The translations under genes and the position numbers were made by a program. The notes beneath the pieces are model-generated. The model did not search any database, was not told the origin of the DNA, and was given only the letters and a program-made list of their open reading frames with translations. A stretch of 64,000 nt of DNA, taken from the NCBI GenBank assembly GCA_023266115.1, contig JAHFRU010000006.1:67496-131495 (forward strand). Reading direction: 5' to 3'. This DNA is from Gammaproteobacteria bacterium (GTDB lineage Bacteria; Pseudomonadota; Gammaproteobacteria; VBWC01). Positions 60,925 through 64,000 of the stretch are shown in pieces (position 1 is the stretch's first letter; every line of letters begins with the position of its first letter).

Positions 60925-61018
60925 TCCTTCGTTCAAGAAGTATCAGGGTTCCCGGCGGACTAATAAACAAAAATCATGATGCCCGCACCGAAACACAGTT
61001 GATCGATCCAGTCACACG

Positions 61019-63556
<2,538 letters not shown>

Positions 63557-63622
63557 CAATTTCGAACGCGTGGTGACAATACTCTGCACCGTTCCGGGTA
63601 GCAGACAATGGGAGCATATTTG

Positions 63623-64000
63623 ATGTCGCGTGTGTATAACTTCAGCCCCGGGCCGGCCATGCTGCCCGAGGAAGTGTTGCAGCGGGTCCAGCACGAATTA
63701 CTGGATTGGCAAGGCCGCGGAATGTCCGTGATGGAAATGAGTCATCGCGGTAACGCATTCATGTCGATTGCGACGAAGTCGCTCGCGGATTTACGCGAAT
63801 TGCTGGTGATTCCGGACAATTATCGCGTGCTGTTTCTGCAGGGTGGCGCGACCGGACAATTTGCCGCCGTGCCGATGAATCTTCTCGGCGGCAAGAGCCA
63901 GGCCGACTATGTCAACACGGGCATCTGGTCGAAAAAGGCGATCGAAGAGGCCGGGAAATACTGCCGTGTGAACGTCGCGGCGTCGGCGGAGCGCAGCAAA
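63623..64000 (+). CDS. serC: Phosphoserine aminotransferase (5' part; runs off window end)
   Basis: Hand translation: [43 protein letters not shown]...[27 protein letters not shown]...[25 protein letters not shown]; follows gyrA. Confidence 0.95.
   Translation, partial: MSRVYNFSPGPAMLPEEVLQRVQHELLDWQGRGMSVMEMSHRGNAFMSIATKSLADLRELLVIPDNYRVLFLQGGATGQFAAVPMNLLGGKSQADYVNTGIWSKKAIEEAGKYCRVNVAASAERSK

Overview
This window is GC-rich bacterial chromosome, most likely a gammaproteobacterium (inferred from gene order and protein sequences), and mostly core genome. About 1-32 kb holds dapD(partial)/rhombosortase/glnD/map, divergent from rpsB-tsf-pyrH-frr-uppS-cdsA-dxr-rseP-bamA-skp-lpxD-fabZ-lpxA-lpxB-rnhB-dnaE-accA-tilS-pyrG-kdsA-eno-ftsB-ispD-ispF-truD. 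About 32-40 kb is a more variable block. It contains a minus-strand run (GGDEF cyclase with a sigma-54-type promoter, a small secreted-protein gene broken by an in-frame TAA, agmatine deiminase-like, carbon-nitrogen hydrolase, class I-beta DAHP synthase, Crp/Fnr regulator, DUF2892 protein) and a divergent orphan GspE/PilB-type ATPase with an MshEN-like N-terminus. hpnCDE (squalene synthesis) lies at 40-43 kb. A plus-strand surface-polysaccharide module at 43.6-54.7 kb (split Wzc-like pair, galE, VanZ, nucleotide-sugar dehydrogenase, uronate epimerase, gmd, fcl, TPR lipoprotein) has no glycosyltransferase or export genes. The rest (54.7-64 kb) is rmuC, a HAD phosphatase, ubiG, MTA/SAH deaminase, an OmpA-domain protein, mtnA, gyrA and partial serC. 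The most notable observation is the BY-kinase homologue, which looks like a pseudokinase: Walker A K->R, degenerate oligomerisation motif and no tyrosine tail, with an in-frame NQYY just past its TGA stop. Its co-polymerase partner has lost the proline-rich motif. I saw no tRNA, rRNA, CRISPR array, intein or mobile element.
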